From positions 38,378,001 through 38,442,000 of the forward strand of contig OZ336896.1 of the NCBI GenBank assembly GCA_965287045.1: 64,000 bases of DNA, written 5' to 3'. This stretch comes from Carcharhinus amblyrhynchos (taxonomy: Eukaryota). The position numbers and the translations under genes were made by a program. A model generated the notes under the pieces. That model saw only the letters and a list, made by a program, of their open reading frames with translations. It made no database searches and was not told the origin of the DNA. This document shows, in pieces, positions 61,864 to 64,000 of this stretch; the first letter of the stretch is position 1; every line of letters begins with the position of its first letter.

Positions 61864-63060
61864 GGGGCGATTCTCCCAAAAATTTCTAAGCACTGAATTC
61901 ATGGGAAAACAATCACGGTTGTTTTATCAGTGCAACTTCTGACAAGAATCTCCCACACTCTGCAATGCAGAGGTCGTAATCTTTAAAAGTTTGGGGGGGG
62001 GCAGTGCCTATTCACACCAGAACCTGACAGTTCCGGGCCTCTGCACATGCGCAGTGGCCCCAAACTGTCGGCCTGCAGTTTGTTGACCAACTCAATTTCT
62101 GGCAGCCCGGGACCCTCACAGCGTGGCCCCTCCAACCCCCCACCCCTCCGAGGTTGATCGTGGCCCCCACGACCATTCCTATGACAGCCCCTACCCTCCC
62201 TCCTGATCTCCAACCCCCCCTTCCAGCAATGACGATCCTCTCCACCTCCCCCACCCCAGCAGATTTTGTCCTCCGCCTCATGGGAGGCAGACACCCCCTG
62301 AAAGCAAAGCCCCCTCACCTCAGCAGACTCGCAGCCTCATGGGAGACAGATCCCCCCTGGCAGACCACCCCATTCTCCCCCCACCCCCGGCCACCCCGAT
62401 CACTGTCCTCACTCCTGCCCCCAATGATCTCAATGGCAGTGGCAGTGGCAGTGGGACAGCCCAACCCCCCACACATCAACCCCTTGGCCCTGCCCCAGCA
62501 GGCCTTGCCCCTTAGGCACTGCCCCAAGCAGGCCACACTCCCTTAGGCCCCATTCTTGGCACTGCCTGGTGCCTGGTGGGCAATGCCATGGTGCCACTTG
62601 AGCACGGGCACTTTGCCCCTTGGGCACTGCCAGTGAGGAAAGGCTGGCACTGCCAGGGTGCTCATGCCCAGAGAGGCCATCCCCACCACCTAATCCAATG
62701 GGAGGGTCCCGACTGCTCCCCTTTCACTCTAGTGGGGTTTCCTTCTAGTTCTCCAAGAGTGGGGAGTTAGTCTGAACCCTGCCAGAGTGAAGTTGCACTG
62801 ACAGGGTGGTGGGAGATGCTAGCAGGCCCGGAGACTTCAGTCCCAGGCCCGATAATGACATTTAGTTTATGTTAAAAACAGATCAAAACAACTTACCTGC
62901 TGTTCCCACCAGTTTCCAGCATGATCCCGACCACTCTGGATAGCTGGTGCTCGGAGATGCGCGCTCGTCGGGAACGCATCCCACAAAGTGGCCAACACGC
63001 GATTCTCCCGGGCCGACGCACCAAAAACATTAGCCTTTCAGGGTGGGAGAATCACCTCCA
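61864..63060. mobile_element. GC-rich non-autonomous TIR element (MITE-like)
   Basis: Left end GGGGCGATTCTCCC and right end GGGAGAATCACCTCC (63045-63059) form an imperfect inverted repeat. ATG appears on both sides (61861-61863, 63061-63063). It interrupts the old CR1 and has no transposase ORF. Confidence 0.7.
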
Positions 63061-64000
63061 ATGTTTCTCTATGTGGGAGATAGAACAAAAGAACATAGTT
63101 TAAAAATAAAGGGTCTCTCATTTAAGGTGGAGATGAGAAGAGGCTCATGTATCTCTCTTCCCCTAACAGTGGTGAAGACAGGGCCAGTGAATATTTTTAA
63201 GGCAGAGTTAGATAGATTCTTGACTAACAAGGGAGTCAAAGGTCATTGGGGTCAGGCAGAATGTGAGCTGAGTCCACAATCGGACCAGACGTGATCTTAT
63301 TGAATGGCGAGACTGATCCGGCTCAAGGGCCGAATGGCCTACTCCTGCACCTCATTTGGGCATCTTTTCCCTGTATAGATTAATTGGTAAATGAGGAACT
63401 GAACCATAAATGCCAGACAAGTCACAGCTTCGATCCTTGATGTGTATTGAGTGACAGAATCATTGTTGAGGTTTGTTAGATGAGATTCAGTTAGCCTCGC
63501 ATTTGTGGATAATGGATTAAACGGCTTATTTTCAGCTCCCATATCAGTTACTGCTGATGTCTGAATTAAGTTCAGATATGATGCACACCATTGCTGAACA
63601 GCTTGCTAATGTTTACTGTCTAAGTTCACATGTAACATGCAAGGACTTGACTAAAGGCAACTGTGGAACTGCATTCCAGCAAGAATCAGTGCCTTCTGGA
63701 AAACAGGCAAAGAAATTGAGGCGAAAAATAAAATAAATTTGATCTCAGGGCAAATAATGTTTACTATTACACAGGCCCAGAAATCCACTTTATTCAATGA
63801 GAAAGTGACACTTAACTGCTCCGATGAAGAAGGAGACTAAATAATGCACTACTGATTCAACTAAAGAGAAAACAAATCCCAGATTCAATTCTTTGCGCTG
63901 AAGGAAATGATCTCAGTTGAGGATAGAATAGAGTCTTACAGTCTCACAGTTGGGAAAGGGAGGAATAAAACATTATCCAATCATTTCACTGGACGGTAAC

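Larger units (their letters stand above)
60131..63357 (+). mobile_element. Old CR1 3' fragment in three pieces (60131-60214, 61744-61863, 63061-63357)
   Basis: The pieces read LRKD..KRFT / SYEERLDRLGLYPLEFRR / MF..RTKEHSLKIKG..NIFKAELDRFLTNKGVKG plus 3' UTR, i.e. consecutive CR1 ORF2 C-terminal sequence. Confidence 0.8.

Noticed and set aside
61983-62770. Overlapping Pro/Gly-rich ORFs
   Set aside because: A by-product of the GC-rich low-complexity core of the TIR element.
33000-64000. Exons of the next syntenic gene (SKAP1 in other vertebrates)
   Set aside because: No translation resembling SKAP1 was recognised; it probably lies beyond the window.

Overview
This is vertebrate genomic DNA covering the anterior (3') end of a HoxB cluster, most likely from a cartilaginous fish (shark). 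The species guess rests on the repeat families and on ancestral-looking Hox proteins. Three intact two-exon homeobox genes lie on the + strand: HoxB3 (14615-15029 + 15873-16642, 394 aa), HoxB2 (21395-21758 + 22372-23087, 359 aa) and HoxB1 (31267-31858 + 32614-32957, 311 aa). The first 14.5 kb is the HoxB4-HoxB3 interval, with candidate non-coding HoxB3 leader exons and a DR5 retinoic acid response element (RARE). Known hindbrain regulatory modules are recognisable by motif and position: the Hoxb2 Krox20/Sox and Meis/Pbx-Hox enhancer, the Hoxb1 r4 autoregulatory element, and the Hoxb1 3' DR2 and DR5 RAREs. I recognise no transposon up to about 36.8 kb and few up to about 44 kb. Beyond about 45 kb the DNA is CpG-poor and packed with nested CR1 and L2 LINEs, SINEs and a TIR element. 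I found no wholly new gene system. The best leads are post-transcriptional: (1) an out-of-frame overlapping uORF in HoxB3 that resembles the in-frame N-terminal extension of HOXD3; (2) a strong-context uORF in HoxB1; (3) a miR-10/miR-130/miR-30 site set shared by the HoxB3 and HoxB1 3' UTRs. Other leads are HoxA2-like features retained by HoxB2 and a 65-bp TSD-flanked hairpin insertion between the Hoxb1 3' RAREs. All comparisons to other species are from memory and need alignment; repeat boundaries are approximate unless a TSD is quoted.
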